This document shows, piece after piece, positions 12,441 through 25,083 of a stretch of DNA of 64,000 bases. Made by a program: the position numbers and the translations under genes. Under the pieces are notes generated by a model, which saw nothing but the letters and a program-made list of their open reading frames with translations, ran no database searches and was not told the origin of the DNA. The stretch's first letter is position 1; each line of letters starts with the position of its first letter. This DNA is from Octopus vulgaris (taxonomy: Eukaryota), in NCBI GenBank assembly GCA_951406725.2, contig OX597815.1, forward strand, positions 130,448,001 to 130,512,000, in the 5' to 3' direction.

Positions 12441-12857
12441 CGTGATTTATTCGTGATCTGAGTTGTTCGAAAACCGAGGTCCTACTGTATGCACATGCAA
12501 TTATTTAGTTATAAATTTCCAGTCATATGGATGTTATAAAATATGGTCATTAGGATTTAACTGGACCCCATTGGTCTTTTACGAAATTTTTGTTCTTTTT
12601 CAGATATTCTGATAAACTATGTTAATTTTCTTCGTATTTGTACTGGTAGGAATCGATATACTTTTTCTTTTATTCTATATTTAGTGCCAAATGTATAGTT
12701 AATAAAACTTAAAGTGCTAAATTTCTTGTTTTGAATCATGCACTAACATGTACAAGATTTTAAAAAATTACTTTATGGATAGTGCGAAAATGCGCAAAAA
12801 TAAAAGGGGACTCCAATGGCTTTTTGTGTAATTCCAACCCCACCGGCCCTAGAAGGG
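12216..12857. mobile_element. non-autonomous piggyBac-like element
   Basis: TTAA on both sides; terminal inverted repeats CCCTTCGTGGGCCGG / CCGGCCCTAGAAGGG. Confidence 0.85.
12329..12487. mobile_element. Tigger/pogo-like MITE nested in the piggyBac-like element
   Basis: TA target duplication; inverted ends CAGTA..ACCTCG.TTTTCGAAC; (TA)n core. Confidence 0.8.
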
Positions 12858-13011
12858 TTAATAGATTTCACTCCGAAATCGTAAATACAGCTGTCAACTA
12901 CTGTATAAGTAAGAGACTACAAATGAACTCAATATTCGCAAAACACCAGGCAATAAAGTAAGGTTTAAGAGATTTTGCAAGAAATGTGCAGAATGTACTT
13001 AAAAAATTTAC

Positions 13012-13038
13012 CTTTCTTTAATGTAATCAGTACGAAAA
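13012..13038 (-). CDS. candidate phase-1 micro-exon, 27 nt (FVLITLKK)
   Basis: TAG acceptor, AG|GTAAAT donor, symmetric phase 1. Confidence 0.35.
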
Positions 13039-14190
13039 CTAATTAGAAATAGCTATGTAGTGAGAAGGAAAAAACTATTAGCCAATGGCTATATTTCATC
13101 TGGTAAATACGGGAGACAACTATGTTTCGGTCTTATTAAATCTCTTCAAAGCAGGCTTCGTACTCTGAAGTAGAGATCAAAGAATCTCCCACCCACATGG
13201 GTTCCAGGTTCAGTCCAACTGGTAAGTGTCTTCTATAGTCCCGGGATGACTAAAGCTTTGTGATTGAATTTAGTGGACGGAAACTGGATGAAGCCCGTTA
13301 TGTGTATATGTATGTCTTGCCGCCGCTTGACAACCAGTTTTGATTTATTTACGTCCCCGTATCAAGCTTTAAAAATTAGCACTGGTTGGGGCGGGGTCTA
13401 TTTGTTCTAAACTCAAGACAGTGCCTCAGCATGGCGCAGTGCAGTGACAAAAGCTAAAAGCAAATTTCAAGGAACTACATGAAGAACTTGGTTAATTTAA
13501 TACTAACTCATTTTATGGTATGGGACTTATCCATTAGTTTCTTGTTAATTTCTTTAACAGTTTTGGACAATGAAAGTCGTTTGACCATCTTATCGCAAAC
13601 GTCAATAACTAAAATATTTTGCAATACAAATGGGCAATGTTGATATTATCCACCGCTTTTCGAAGAAGGAAGTCAACTTCGGCTTAAAGAATTGATGTAT
13701 CTACTTTGTAAATCTGAAATATCAAGCTCATGTACAGACATTCCAGAAGTCATAGCGCAAGGGATCTTCCATGTAGGTGGAAGGACAACATACAGTGCAA
13801 TATCTACCTCGGATTTTATGTACGGTTACTTAGCCCCAGATCTGCCCTGACTGAACAGATCGGAAAGCCATTCGAACCGGGACAGTTAATCTGATTACCA
13901 AACAATTTTATTTATTTTTAACGACGATAAAGTACGATTCGAGAAACCTGACCGATATTTCTAGCAACTCAAACGACCACATATAGGTTCATTAAACCTA
14001 GACTAAGAATGTTTAACAGTTTGTAGAATAAACTAATTTAGAATCTTGGAAAAGCTCAATTCTCAAATGTGACTGATAAAGACCAATACTTATAGCAAGA
14101 ACAATTTTGATAAAACCCCGAAAGCATTGACGAATTTGATATTTTTTAAAATGCCAAGTTTTCAACAATTTTAGAAAAATTTATAAATAC

Positions 14191-14259
14191 CTTCTATGGT
14201 AATTTTCCACGTTTTGGAAATATATGTTCTTAGTTCCTCTTCAATTCTTGGATTAAATT
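14191..14259 (-). CDS. candidate phase-1 cassette exon, 69 nt (FNPRIEEELRTYISKTWKITIE)
   Basis: Strong TTTTTCTTCTCTAG acceptor, AG|GTATTT donor, symmetric phase 1. Confidence 0.55.
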
Positions 14260-14592
14260 CTAGAGAAGAAAAAATTTCCAATATTCCATATTTAAATGCC
14301 ATATTTCTTGAAACATGGTAACTATATATATCGTTGCTATTATGTTAAACTGTCGTATATCCAAATTCGGCGCTTTTAAAAATTTTTTTCAATATTTTTG
14401 CTTGCAATAGCCGGTTCTTTTGGTCAAACTATTTATCTTCAGCTGCCAATATATCAAACTGTCAGTGTAGTACAACGGTTTTGCCATGGAATGGTGAAAA
14501 GAAACAACGTTTTGGACTTACGATAATTTTGCATAATAACGAGAGAGAGAGAGAAATAGACTTTACATCATTAGAACTTACAAACTTCCAGA

Positions 14593-14735
14593 CATGAAAT
14601 GATTTTTAACGGTAGAACACGAAGTAGCTCTAACTATAAGCAGCGCGTCAATATAAGGATTTTTTCAAACCAATACTTACGCGCAGTTATAGTGTTATCT
14701 ACTTACAGTTCTACCGTTAAAAACCAATTCGTATG
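14593..14735. mobile_element. small MITE-like inverted repeat
   Basis: TTTTTAACGGTAGAAC and GTTCTACCGTTAAAAA arms; a related arm occurs near 47968. Confidence 0.55.
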
Positions 14736-15627
14736 ATGTATGTGTGTCCACCCCACGCCTGCCGCCCGCCACGTTGAAGTTCATAAATTTGCCTGATTTT
14801 CTTTCTGCGGAAGGACTTGATTTGATACACGCATCCAAGTTGTCTCTCCACGCCGCTGATGTTTATCCACGAGAAAGGTCACTAATTTGGGTCTATACAT
14901 CCTGGAACTGGTGTCGTCGCATTCAGAACTCAGAGGACCAGAACAGACACAAGGCACCATGTCCAACTCTGAAACAGTTCCACTAATACAGCATCCTAGA
15001 TTGATACTATTTTTTAACGATACCTAGAGAAGGACAAGCAAAATCGATCTTTACAGGATTTGATCTCAGAAAAGATTTGGAACAAATATTCGAGTCATTC
15101 TAGACAACTATCTCTCTAGAGATGAGATTTAAGAGGTTTCCATATTCTGTAACCAAAAGGGAGTAATAGGCATTGATTTAGCCATGTTCGAACAGATGCA
15201 GGTCTGTGTACACTTAACAGTTCGGTTTCCAGACTTGATACTTTGGTACAACTCCTGTACCCAGAGGATTACTTCGTTGGTGAACATCGAGAAGCGTTGT
15301 TCAAACCACTTAAGACTCAGTTACCGACTGAACCCAACAAAAGTTGCCTGGACGGATTCTTGATTAGATACAGCTGAGGGGAAAATAACCAACGAAATTA
15401 GTAGAAATGTAGAATGGAAATTTCGAATACAATTTTTTTTTTCAACTTTTCTTTTAAAGTTTGAAATTAACAGATAAAACAGCAATCTTTTGTCTTTAAT
15501 AAAGGCCCGCGGAAAAGGGGATTAAAGACAAATTGATTTGCGGAATATATGGTTTCTATTTCTAGCCCATCGAATGACCTCGCTGTGACTTGTTCGCTTG
15601 TATCTGTTGCTGGAGACATCATTACCT

Positions 15628-15838
15628 AAGGCAACGAGCTGGCAGAAACGTTAGCACGCCGAGCGAAATGTTTAGCAGTATTTCGTTTGTCTACGTTCTG
15701 AGTTCAAATTCCGCCGAGGTCGACTTTACCTTTCATCCTTTCGGGTCGGTAAATTAAGTACCAGTTGCCAACTTGGGTCGATCTAATCGACTGGCCCCTC
15801 CCCCAATATTTTGTGCCTTGTGCCTAGAGTAGAAAAAA
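15628..15838 (+). mobile_element. SINE family 2 (other copies at about 17545, 20260, 33085, 45450, 46490, 49105, 55230, 55700, 63560)
   Basis: GAGCTGGCAGAAACGTTAGCACG...GAGTTCAAATTCCGCCGAGGTCGAC motif repeated many times in both orientations. Confidence 0.85.
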
Positions 15839-16232
15839 ATATCTACATTACCTAATAACGTAGCTGGGGTGGAGAGTCGCTTTTATGATTGCAACTTTTG
15901 TGTATTGTATAAGCCTGTATAAAGGGCGAGGAGACGGGGTCAGACAAGGGCTATACCATTGACCTTGTAATCAAAATTGCTACACAAGCAATGCTTTGAT
16001 CACATGCTTTTCTTGAAAAAACGAAAACACAGGAAACGATTTACGCAATGAAAAATAAATATTTTAGGTGAAAAAAAAATTAATCGTCTATAAACAAGAA
16101 AAACCTTACTATTCGCCTATCAAATGAGATTTATCGTAAAGTCTTGTTTCGTTCAGAAATGTGGAAATGAATTTCAAAGTAGTGATTGTTAGAGCAATAT
16201 AATGAACCAAATTTATAAAAACAATATTTTAC

Positions 16233-16280
16233 CCAACCACTCAGCATGAAGCTGCATTATTTTCTTCAGTTTCATCGTGA
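16233..16280 (-). CDS. candidate phase-1 cassette exon, 48 nt (TMKLKKIMQLHAEWL)
   Basis: TTTGCAG acceptor, GTAAAA donor; only the phase-1 frame is open. Confidence 0.45.
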
Positions 16281-16965
16281 CTGCAAACCAAACAATACGG
16301 AGAAAATGGTAACTTATACCGTCTGTATTTTTTTGCAGTTTGTGCAAGTGCTGTACTATTTTAATGAGATTTTAAGCGATGAGTGAATACCTGCTAGGCT
16401 TAATTTCAGCATTTTCAGGTGTAGGCCTGACAAAGGCTAGCCAAGCAGAAAAAATTTAACTAAAGCACCGAACAAGACACCGTAAAACATCTCGCCCAAA
16501 ACGTCAGCATCAAATTCATTACTCGTTTGTAATTAATATTCAAGATAATTTTAGTCAGAAACTAATTTGAGACAGTTTGTTTAATGTCTATGTGTTGCAT
16601 AAGCGATATAACTTTGTGAAATCCAAACTAAGAAAGAATTGGCTGAGTAGTTAATGTTCGCTCCGCAACTACATGGTTCCGAGTTCGACCACCCACCGTG
16701 CGATACCTTGGGAAAGGTGCGGCATTACTTTGGTTAGGGTAATATTTTCTGAATGGGATTCTACAGGCGTAAGCATATGTATTCTTGTGCAGATAAATAT
16801 TGGCTGCAGATCCGAAATAACGGCATTTTACGAATGTCCTTCGAGATCCGTCTTGCATGGAGTTATAGACATTCCCTTGTCACGCCTCGAAATGCAGTGA
16901 ACAACGAACTGGATCTCTGGAATCAGGACGCCATTATTCAATTGTATAAAATATAATTGCTAAAA

Positions 16966-17305
16966 CAGGGTCAGATTAAGATTAAGAGTCCTTTATTTCT
17001 TAAGATCTTGGTGTCCAATTATATATGTAATTCAAAACGTAAACAAAGCATAAATTGAATTTTTATTTTTCAAAATTGAACAAACTGTAAGATGAAAAAT
17101 GTTTACTTTTGTATACTTACATTTTTCTACTTCAATTGCAAAATCTGATCAAATCCTCACTATAACAGCAGAAACACTACAAAATATCTTTTTCGACCAT
17201 GTAAATTACTTGGAATGTTATTTAAGGACGTTTAAAGTGATTTCTTTTGTGCCGTAAACTATTTACTACTTCTGTGTCCCCCACTCATTTCCTTTGATGC
17301 CCTAA
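16966..17305 (+). repeat. dispersed repeat, second copy at about 49873-50290
   Basis: Colinear similarity between the two loci. Confidence 0.7.
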
Positions 17306-17987
17306 TAACGCGCAAATATAATGTAATTGTGAAGATAAAGTGCAAATCGAAATATTTAACTTTTACTGACGCGATAGAATATACAGTTAAAAAGAGCCCT
17401 GTATCACGAGATTCTGCTTGATGACTATTGAGAGTACAAGTGTCAGGAATACACAGCCACTGATTAAACAAGTGAAACAAAACCAATGAAATTAAAAGTA
17501 TTTGCTTTACAACAAATGGGATTTCAACGCAAAGTAATAATCACATTTTGGCACAAGGCCAGCAATTTTATAGGGAGTGGGGCAGTCAGTTATATTGGCC
17601 GCAGTATTTGACTGGCTCTTCTGTTATCAACCCCGAAAGGCAAAGTCGATCTCAGCGGAATTTGAACTCAGAACAGAATCTGAAGGGCCGCTAAGCATTT
17701 TGTCCGGCGTGCTAACGATTCTGTCTGCATAAATATTGGTTTCATATATTAGCACAAGGGCAATGATCTCGGGAAAGAGGGTAATTCTATTACATCGGCT
17801 CCAGTGCTCGATTGATACTTATTTTATTGAATTCTAAAGGATGAAAGGCGAAGTCGACCTCGGCGGAATTTGAACTCATTGTAAAGAACAAAAATGCCGC
17901 TAATCGTTTTGCCCGTCATGCTAACGAATTGGCCAGCTGACCCTACATGCCAACATAAATATTTTTTTAAAATGAACACAAAATTAC

Positions 17988-18198
17988 CAAATTTTTTTTC
18001 TGAAGGTTCTTTTACTTTAACAAAAGTACCGCCACAGATATTAGCATGGATACGAAACCATTTCTCCTTATTGGAAGGAGGCCTGTTTTGAGCTCGTCGA
18101 ATAACTCTATGCTCGTAGTTAGATTTTCGACATGGACCGTTACATTTCCAAACATGAGTCTGCAGATGGTGACATTCAGAATGGAATTCATGGAAAAT
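17988..18198 (-). CDS. SPRTN: SPRTN-like zinc-binding-domain exon (IFHEFHSECHHLQTHVWKCNGPCRKSNYEHRVIRRAQNRPPSNKEKWFRIHANICGGTFVKVKEPSEKKF)
   Basis: 211 nt, phase 0 to 1. C-x3-C...H-x3-C ligands, plus RAxNRxPS and CGGTF.K.KEP motifs typical of the Spartan ZBD. Confidence 0.94.
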
Positions 18199-19546
18199 CT
18201 GTTTCAGAAGAAAGAATATTTAGGCGATAGATTAAAATGTAACAGACTTTAGTCAATGATTCAATGGCAGACTATTCAGTAGTTTTCTTGTAAAATTGTT
18301 TTTGGAGAAGTAAATTTTTAAGCACGAAAAGCTATGGATATCATGTAAATATTGGGTAGAAAAACGCATTTAAAGAGAAAAGAAAAGAGAAAAGGGTCGA
18401 TGGATTCCCGTGCAACTCAAACTCACGTCTTATGGACAAGTTTCTAAAATCGATAGAGAAATTTCAAGGATTGTTTTGGTGTCTTTCATTAAACAATATT
18501 TACGAGACAATTCGATTAATTTTGTAGAAATAAAAGATATTAGATTATATTTTAAGAATTTTACTTAAATATAGTAATAGCCAATTATTAGAATTTGATA
18601 TCACGGTACTGACCGTGATATCGGTTGTTGGTCCCAATGCGCTTTGTATAGTTTTAGCCTTCGGACGATGCCGCCTTGCAGGTTAGGCGAGCAAGCCAAC
18701 ATTCCCCTTATCAGAAGATTCCATCGCATAGATACCCATTTACAACCGAATGAACTGAAGCGCAACGTGAAATGAAGTGTTTTTGCTCAAGAACACAGCG
18801 CGCCACCCTCGTCCTGGAATCGAACTCACGATCTAGCAATTGTGAGTGCAACACTAACCACTAGACCACGCGCCTTCACACAGAACTCCATATACTTACA
18901 CTTTGTAGTAAAGCTTTAGGTGATTACAGATGTCGCGTAGTCGACTTCATGAGTTTAAAGCTATTTTTACTATGTACATCATTTACTATGTGTATATAAT
19001 TTACTAGTATAGAAACCATTTTAAGTTTTATGAAATTTTATTCATAAAGCAGGTTGTAGCAGTAAAATGATTTAAAGAACATTGTATACAGTAAGCTTCC
19101 GTTGAGAATTCGGAGAGAAAATGCACGACATCAAACTGAGAAGAAAGCGCGATTGAATCTGGAGATTGTTACAGTTTAGAAAGCAATGTTTACATAGTGG
19201 TACTGAGTTCCATACAAATCATAAAAGGCCACACATTGCCCAAGTGCCGCAAGGTACTCTTGTCCGATTTTCAATAAACAGCGTCAAAAGAAAGATTGCT
19301 GTATTGCATTATAAAATGCAGCTGGCAGACAAACTCACCAATACACTTTTGTTATAAACAAGACTACGTTTGAAAGATAACTTACATTAAATATTTGGGC
19401 AATGCTCCAAACTAGCGCTAAATTGTTAATTTTTTTTAATGATTATCTTAAATTATATTTTCTTTGGCGCTGGTTTCTTACATTCTACACCAAATAACAA
19501 ACGCTGCCAGAAATTTACATAAATTCAATAAATTAGTTATAATCAC

Positions 19547-19621
19547 TTCTAGCTTCATTCCCGACCGTTTCTCAATTCTTTTCTTTTCCGCGTGGAATTT
19601 CGGGCCATGTTCTTGGTGCTC
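19547..19621 (-). CDS. SPRTN: SPRTN-like exon (EHQEHGPKFHAEKKRIEKRSGMKLE)
   Basis: Strong TTTCTTTGCAG acceptor. Third zinc ligand in HGPxF. GTGATT donor in phase 0 joins the next exon in frame. Confidence 0.88.
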
Positions 19622-21457
19622 CTGCAAAGAAATAATTAAAAAGACGAATTTTTAAAAATGTTCTAATATTAATACAGGCGAATAGTTTCCAATAAATTGC
19701 AATAGACTTCACCACCCCACCATCACGTCTAAAATAAAATTTAAAAAACTATCCGCACTTCGCAGTTCTGACTTTAGATTTAACTTCCGTATACAACTGC
19801 ATTTTATTCTTTTACTCGTTTCAGCAATTGGACTGCAGCCATGCTGGAGTTCCGCCTTGAAAGATTTAGTCGAACAAATCTACTCCATTGCTTATTTCAC
19901 TGATCTCTTTTTGCTGAACCTGTTACGGAGACATTAACCAACACTGGTTTCCAAGAAGCGGGGAAATTATACACATACAATCTTACGCGTAATTTCTATC
20001 GTCCAAATTCACTAAAGGAATTTGTCAGCCTAGAACTGTGGAAAAAATCTGAGGTGCTGTGTAGTGGGATTGAACCCGAAATCAAGGGCTTACGAAGCAA
20101 ACGATCACACAGCCATAATGTTGCATACCTCTATATTTATTTTCGAGATCCATTTGCTGTATCGATTGGTTTCATACATAGTTCTATTCCTACTCGGGAT
20201 CGAAGTGGCCAGACAGCACAACTCAGTGCCCTAGGTTTTATGGAGATACCCGATATATTCTTTTCTACTAGATACAAGGCCCTAAATTTGGTGGGAGGGA
20301 GCCAGTCGATTAGATCGACCCCAGTACGCAACTGGTACTTTATCGACCCCGAAAGGATGAAAGGCAAAGTAGACCTCAGCAGAATTTGCACTCGAAACGC
20401 AAAGACAGGCGAACCTGATATATTGAGTAGGATCGCCATGTTGGGCAGTGACTGAAGTACCTCAATGACTAGAAAAAAAAAAAATCACTAATCCAAACCG
20501 TGTCCGGACAATGATGCCAGGCCTACACTTGGACCCAGACATCAGAAAAACCGTGAAATCCGAACTGGGAATTCAATTCCATAGAAAACGTATCATTGTG
20601 CACAAAAATCTCTAGAAAGTTAATTGCTAAAGTAAAAAAAAAGTGCCAATGCAGGAAGGAGTTATACATTAAAAGTTAGACCCACGACTATTTGAAGATT
20701 CAAAAGTGGAAAATAATTTTCAGCTGATAATTGAAATTTTGCGCTAGTTCGAAACTTCGGAATTTGGTGTCACCCATAAAAATTGATAAGTTGAAAGAAA
20801 AACGTAGAGAGGCTTTAAATCAAATACTATTTTTCAGTCACAACGAATTTCATCGGGTAATATTTTACCGTGACAGAATTGTTGAAATATAAGTCAGCTC
20901 TGATTTGAATTTGAATGTCGTTGAGCTTAAAGTACCAGACAAGTACTGGAGTCGATTTAATCAAACATGCCCTACTACCAAAAAATAATACGGCCCTTTA
21001 TCAGGGGTTAGGAATAACTATTAGTTCAGATATATTTGACCAATTATATCGAAACAATTTAAAGGTGACTCACTGTCACAATGTAATAGTGATATAAAAT
21101 AGTGTGGGTACTTTAGGACAGATTGTGAGATACTAGTTTCCGCCAATTAAACGCATCCCAGAAATCTAGTCTGGATAACTTAACTGCAAAATGTTAGCAC
21201 AATATCCTACGAGTGTTGATCCGCGTAATATTACAGTGGTTAAATATCCTTACAAACCCCAAGATTCATAGTTCTTTTCCATAGGTGCTTAGATTCAGCT
21301 TCCGTTTTAAAACTCACATTTTGTCTTCAAATCGATAACGCCCTCCATATAAAAGAAAAATAATCAAGTTTTATTTTATCAGAATATAAACACGTCAAAT
21401 ACGATTATTTGCCATTACGCAAGAAAACTAGAGTTATAGATATTCTATTTTACTTAC

Positions 21458-21499
21458 ATTCTCCTTAGTTACCCAAAGATAAGCATGGATCATTTCGTG
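21458..21499 (-). CDS. SPRTN: SPRTN-like 42-nt catalytic micro-exon (HEMIHAYLWVTKEN)
   Basis: TTTTTCAG acceptor, GTAAGT donor, phase 0 to 0. Carries the HExxH zinc-protease motif HEMIHAYL. Confidence 0.95.
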
Positions 21500-22404
21500 C
21501 TGAAAAATGAATTTAAAATATTCTAAAATTATTTATACAAATCTAATTTATAAACCCAAATTAACAAATTAAATGTGGTACAATTTTATAAGAAATTAAA
21601 TGTATTATTGCACAAGGGGAAAGGTACATCGAACAATAGGGCTTCAGGAGTGAGTGCGTGTATGCGCCTCCGACTGGGCACTCCGGCTACGAGAACGAGT
21701 GTTCCATTTGATTAGATCAGCCTGCGCCTGAAATTAATGTGCAACTGACTAAAGCACTCTACAGTCACGTGAACCCTTAAGTTCTCAGAGATTCAGCATA
21801 ACAGAATGTTACAAGGCTGGTCCCTTTGAATTACAGATACAACTCATTTTTGCCTGCTGAGTGAACTGAAGCAACGTGAAAGTCTTGCTCAAGGATACAA
21901 CCTGCAACCTTACGATCGTGAGCCGGATACCTTAATACACACACACACACACACAGTATAGTTACAAGTGGAGAGAAGACAATATAAGGCCAAGAGAGAC
22001 AACCGGAAGCTTTATTTTGGTTGTTTCTTTTAGTCTGTCTAATTCCCCTCGTTTTTTGAAAGTTTTTGCTAAAACTAAAATTGAGTTTGATAAAATTTCA
22101 ATTACAGCAAAAACTGAAATTTAGGAGACTTAAACTTTAAGTAGAAAAAAAAATTACAAAATGATATTGAATATTATGAAAATTCAGTGGTGTGGAATGT
22201 GCGGACTGCAGAGGGCGGCCATTTTACATTTAATGAAGTTGGGTGGCCAATTTGGTTACCTCTTGCCATTATGAAAGGCTAAGAAACACTGAATAAGGAG
22301 ACAAATCTATGAAACTGGAAATTAACTTTACAATTAGTACTATGTGGATATATTTAAAGAGCTGGAACATTGGCAGTAATGAATATAAACACGGTTATAT
22401 TTAC

Positions 22405-22513
22405 CAGTAACGTCTCCAGTAGATCCTCTAGTGGTCTGAGTTCAAGAAGTGGTCGACTCAAAGATATATTGCATATCCTGTCTACGTCAGGTTGTAGGGT
22501 ACAACCAGCACAT
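22405..22513 (-). CDS. SPRTN: SPRTN-like exon (CAGCTLQPDVDRICNISLSRPLLELRPLEDLLETLL)
   Basis: T-rich AG acceptor, GTAAAT donor, phase 2 to 0. Resembles Spartan CAG...I.LS.PLL.LRP..DL.ETLL. Confidence 0.93.
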
Positions 22514-25083
22514 CTTATTAAAAAAAAATTAAAGGTTAAAAAAGAAAGAAAAAAACTTTTCGAACCTAAATATTTAGGTGTTTAAAATGAAACAACGAAA
22601 ATTTTCAGTTAATGAGAACTGATGTCTATAGCTTGTGTATTTAAAACCAACAAATATATGTATTGGGGTGTAAAGTCTAAATTTGCAACTAAGGAGCGTT
22701 AAATATATTTAACATTAGTATCTAAGTAAAAAGATTCCAAATGATAATGTAATCTTGTTGCCGCTCTCCTTTACTTTTCGACACAAATGTAAGATGGCCG
22801 TTCAATTCGAACATAGAATGTTTAAGTTTGAAAGTCGAAACTGCTTGTGAATAATATCACGATATTTCATAATTGTTAACCGGAATTAATTGGTGACATA
22901 AGTTATGAAGTGATGTCAGCGCCAAGTTGAGATGAAGAGAAATCCTATGGTATTTCATTCGCGAGGTGGTTCCCAGTCTCACGATTAGAATTATATTATA
23001 CACACCTTGGTTGGAAGCTCCCTAGATTGAAGCTCTTGGTTTAAGCCTTCCAATCTTGTGGGTAAACCCGATACAGAATGACTGTCCTTTAATGCTAGAA
23101 CAATAACTTCTGAATGGTACATGAAGATATTTGGTGGACAGGTGCATATTGTATACGGAGGTCAAAATGAGCAGAGAAATAGAGGAGGATCGGATTCGCT
23201 TCTTAATATGGGCAAAAAATATAGAAGGGTATATCTAAATATGGATTAAATGAAGATTTCAAATTTCGGCACAAGGCCAGCAAGTTTGGAGAAGAGGAAA
23301 CCGATGACATCAATCCTGAAAGGGATGAAAGGCAAAGTCAACCACGGCGCAATTTGAACTCAAAACGTAAAGACGGACGAAATCCTAAGAATTTCGATTC
23401 TGCTCGAGGGTTTCATACAGGTACCTTAATCTGGACAAAACTGTCAGGCACATACGACACTAACAATTATTCCAGCCACTGAAGTATAAATCAAGGCAAC
23501 AGCTACTAAGGGGCCGATATATGGTCACCCAAAACAGTCACATTATCCACAAATACTAATTTTGGGGTGAAAGGTGGATAGAGAACTTATTGGATAATGA
23601 AGTCAGAGATAAAAATATCAGGGTGGTTTCGGTTGGAAAGCCTTTTCTCAAATCGGCTGGATGTGTAAATAAACAGCAACAGAAATCATTGGTAGAGATA
23701 ACAGTTGTTTGAGTCCAACTCTGGTTTGAAGTCGACCTGTGCATGATATTACAGAAGTAGCTGTGTGATAAGAAGTTTGTTTCCCAACTACATTGTTCTC
23801 GGTTCAGTCCCACAGTGTGGTACCTCGGGCGGATCAAAGCATTCTCCGTAGCTGAAAAGGGGGCAGGTTGTGTACAAAAAATTTAATTAAGGGGTGTTTT
23901 GGGGGTGGGGTACAAAAAGAAGTCTTGTGATCCTTTACATTGTTATTTGAATTAAGCGGAAAATTATTTTTATCGTATTGTTTTATACTTTTTTGTAGCT
24001 CTAGTTTTCTACAATTTTTACTTATCGTTTTTTAATTTTGAATAAATTTTACTGCTTTTCAGACATGTAACGGAGTGTCAAGAAAAAGAAAATTCATCTG
24101 ACAACCCGATATATATTCTTTAGTTTGTCATTTGACTGCGGCCATGCTAGAGCACCACCTTTTTTTAGTCGAACAATCTTTTGATGTGGGTTTAAAAAGC
24201 AAACACCCTATTATATACTGGAGATAATCTTTGTTTTTAACAATTAGGTTGTGGTGGGAGGGAAATTTGGCTGCTGTTGCTACCAGCTCAAGCGACCACA
24301 CAAAGGAATTCTGTTCCCTATTTGTTATTAGATTCCGGCCAAGCTGGGGCACTGCTTGGAAGAATTTTAGTCGAACGAATCAACCCCAGGGCTTATTTTC
24401 ATTTAAATTTTGATACTTATTCTATCGGTCTTTTTTTTATCGAACCGTTAGTTTGCTGTGATGTAAATATTACACGTAAACACAAATTGGGCAAGACTTC
24501 CTTTTGTATCCCACCCCCAAATACCCCTTAAATTTTTTTTTTTTTTTACACACAAACCCTTCGGCTACGGAGAGAAGACGAATCAGCAAAAAAATTGACA
24601 AAAAAAAACAAAAAAAAAAACAGCATTCTAAAATTAACTCCCGCTCCCCCAAATTCTTCATTTTAAACTTTCAGAGTTTTTTTCCCCTACAATATATGCG
24701 GGAAAATACGGAGATTATGATTCTGAAAAAAAAATTTTCCAAAAATTTCTATAAAAATTTTTTTCCACAAATATTTTTTTGTCAAAATAGGCGGAAAAAT
24801 GCGGAGATTTTCTAAATAGGGTTAGGGTTTTAGGATTATGGAGAAAAATGAAGAAATTGGGGAGAAGTAAGGTGGGGGCAAAACATTTCAAAATTCCGAC
24901 CTTTTGGCAATTTTCTGGAATCTCCGTAATGCGAAAAGGTGGGCTTTTAGCACAAAAATTAACAAAAAACATTAATTTGCGAGAAAATGGGGTGGGGACG
25001 GGAGGAAGTCTTTCCCACAAATTGACATATTTGAAAGATTAATTAAAAAAAGACATCGCATCATATCGGTCATTAACACTTAC

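Noticed and set aside
17121-17144. 24-nt phase-1 exon candidate (FAIEVEK)
   Set aside because: Lies inside a dispersed repeat also present near 50 kb; likely chance, although exonisation is possible.
19566-19608. Alternative start MARNSTRKRKELRN
   Set aside because: The other frame gives the conserved HGPxF motif and splices in frame with its neighbours.
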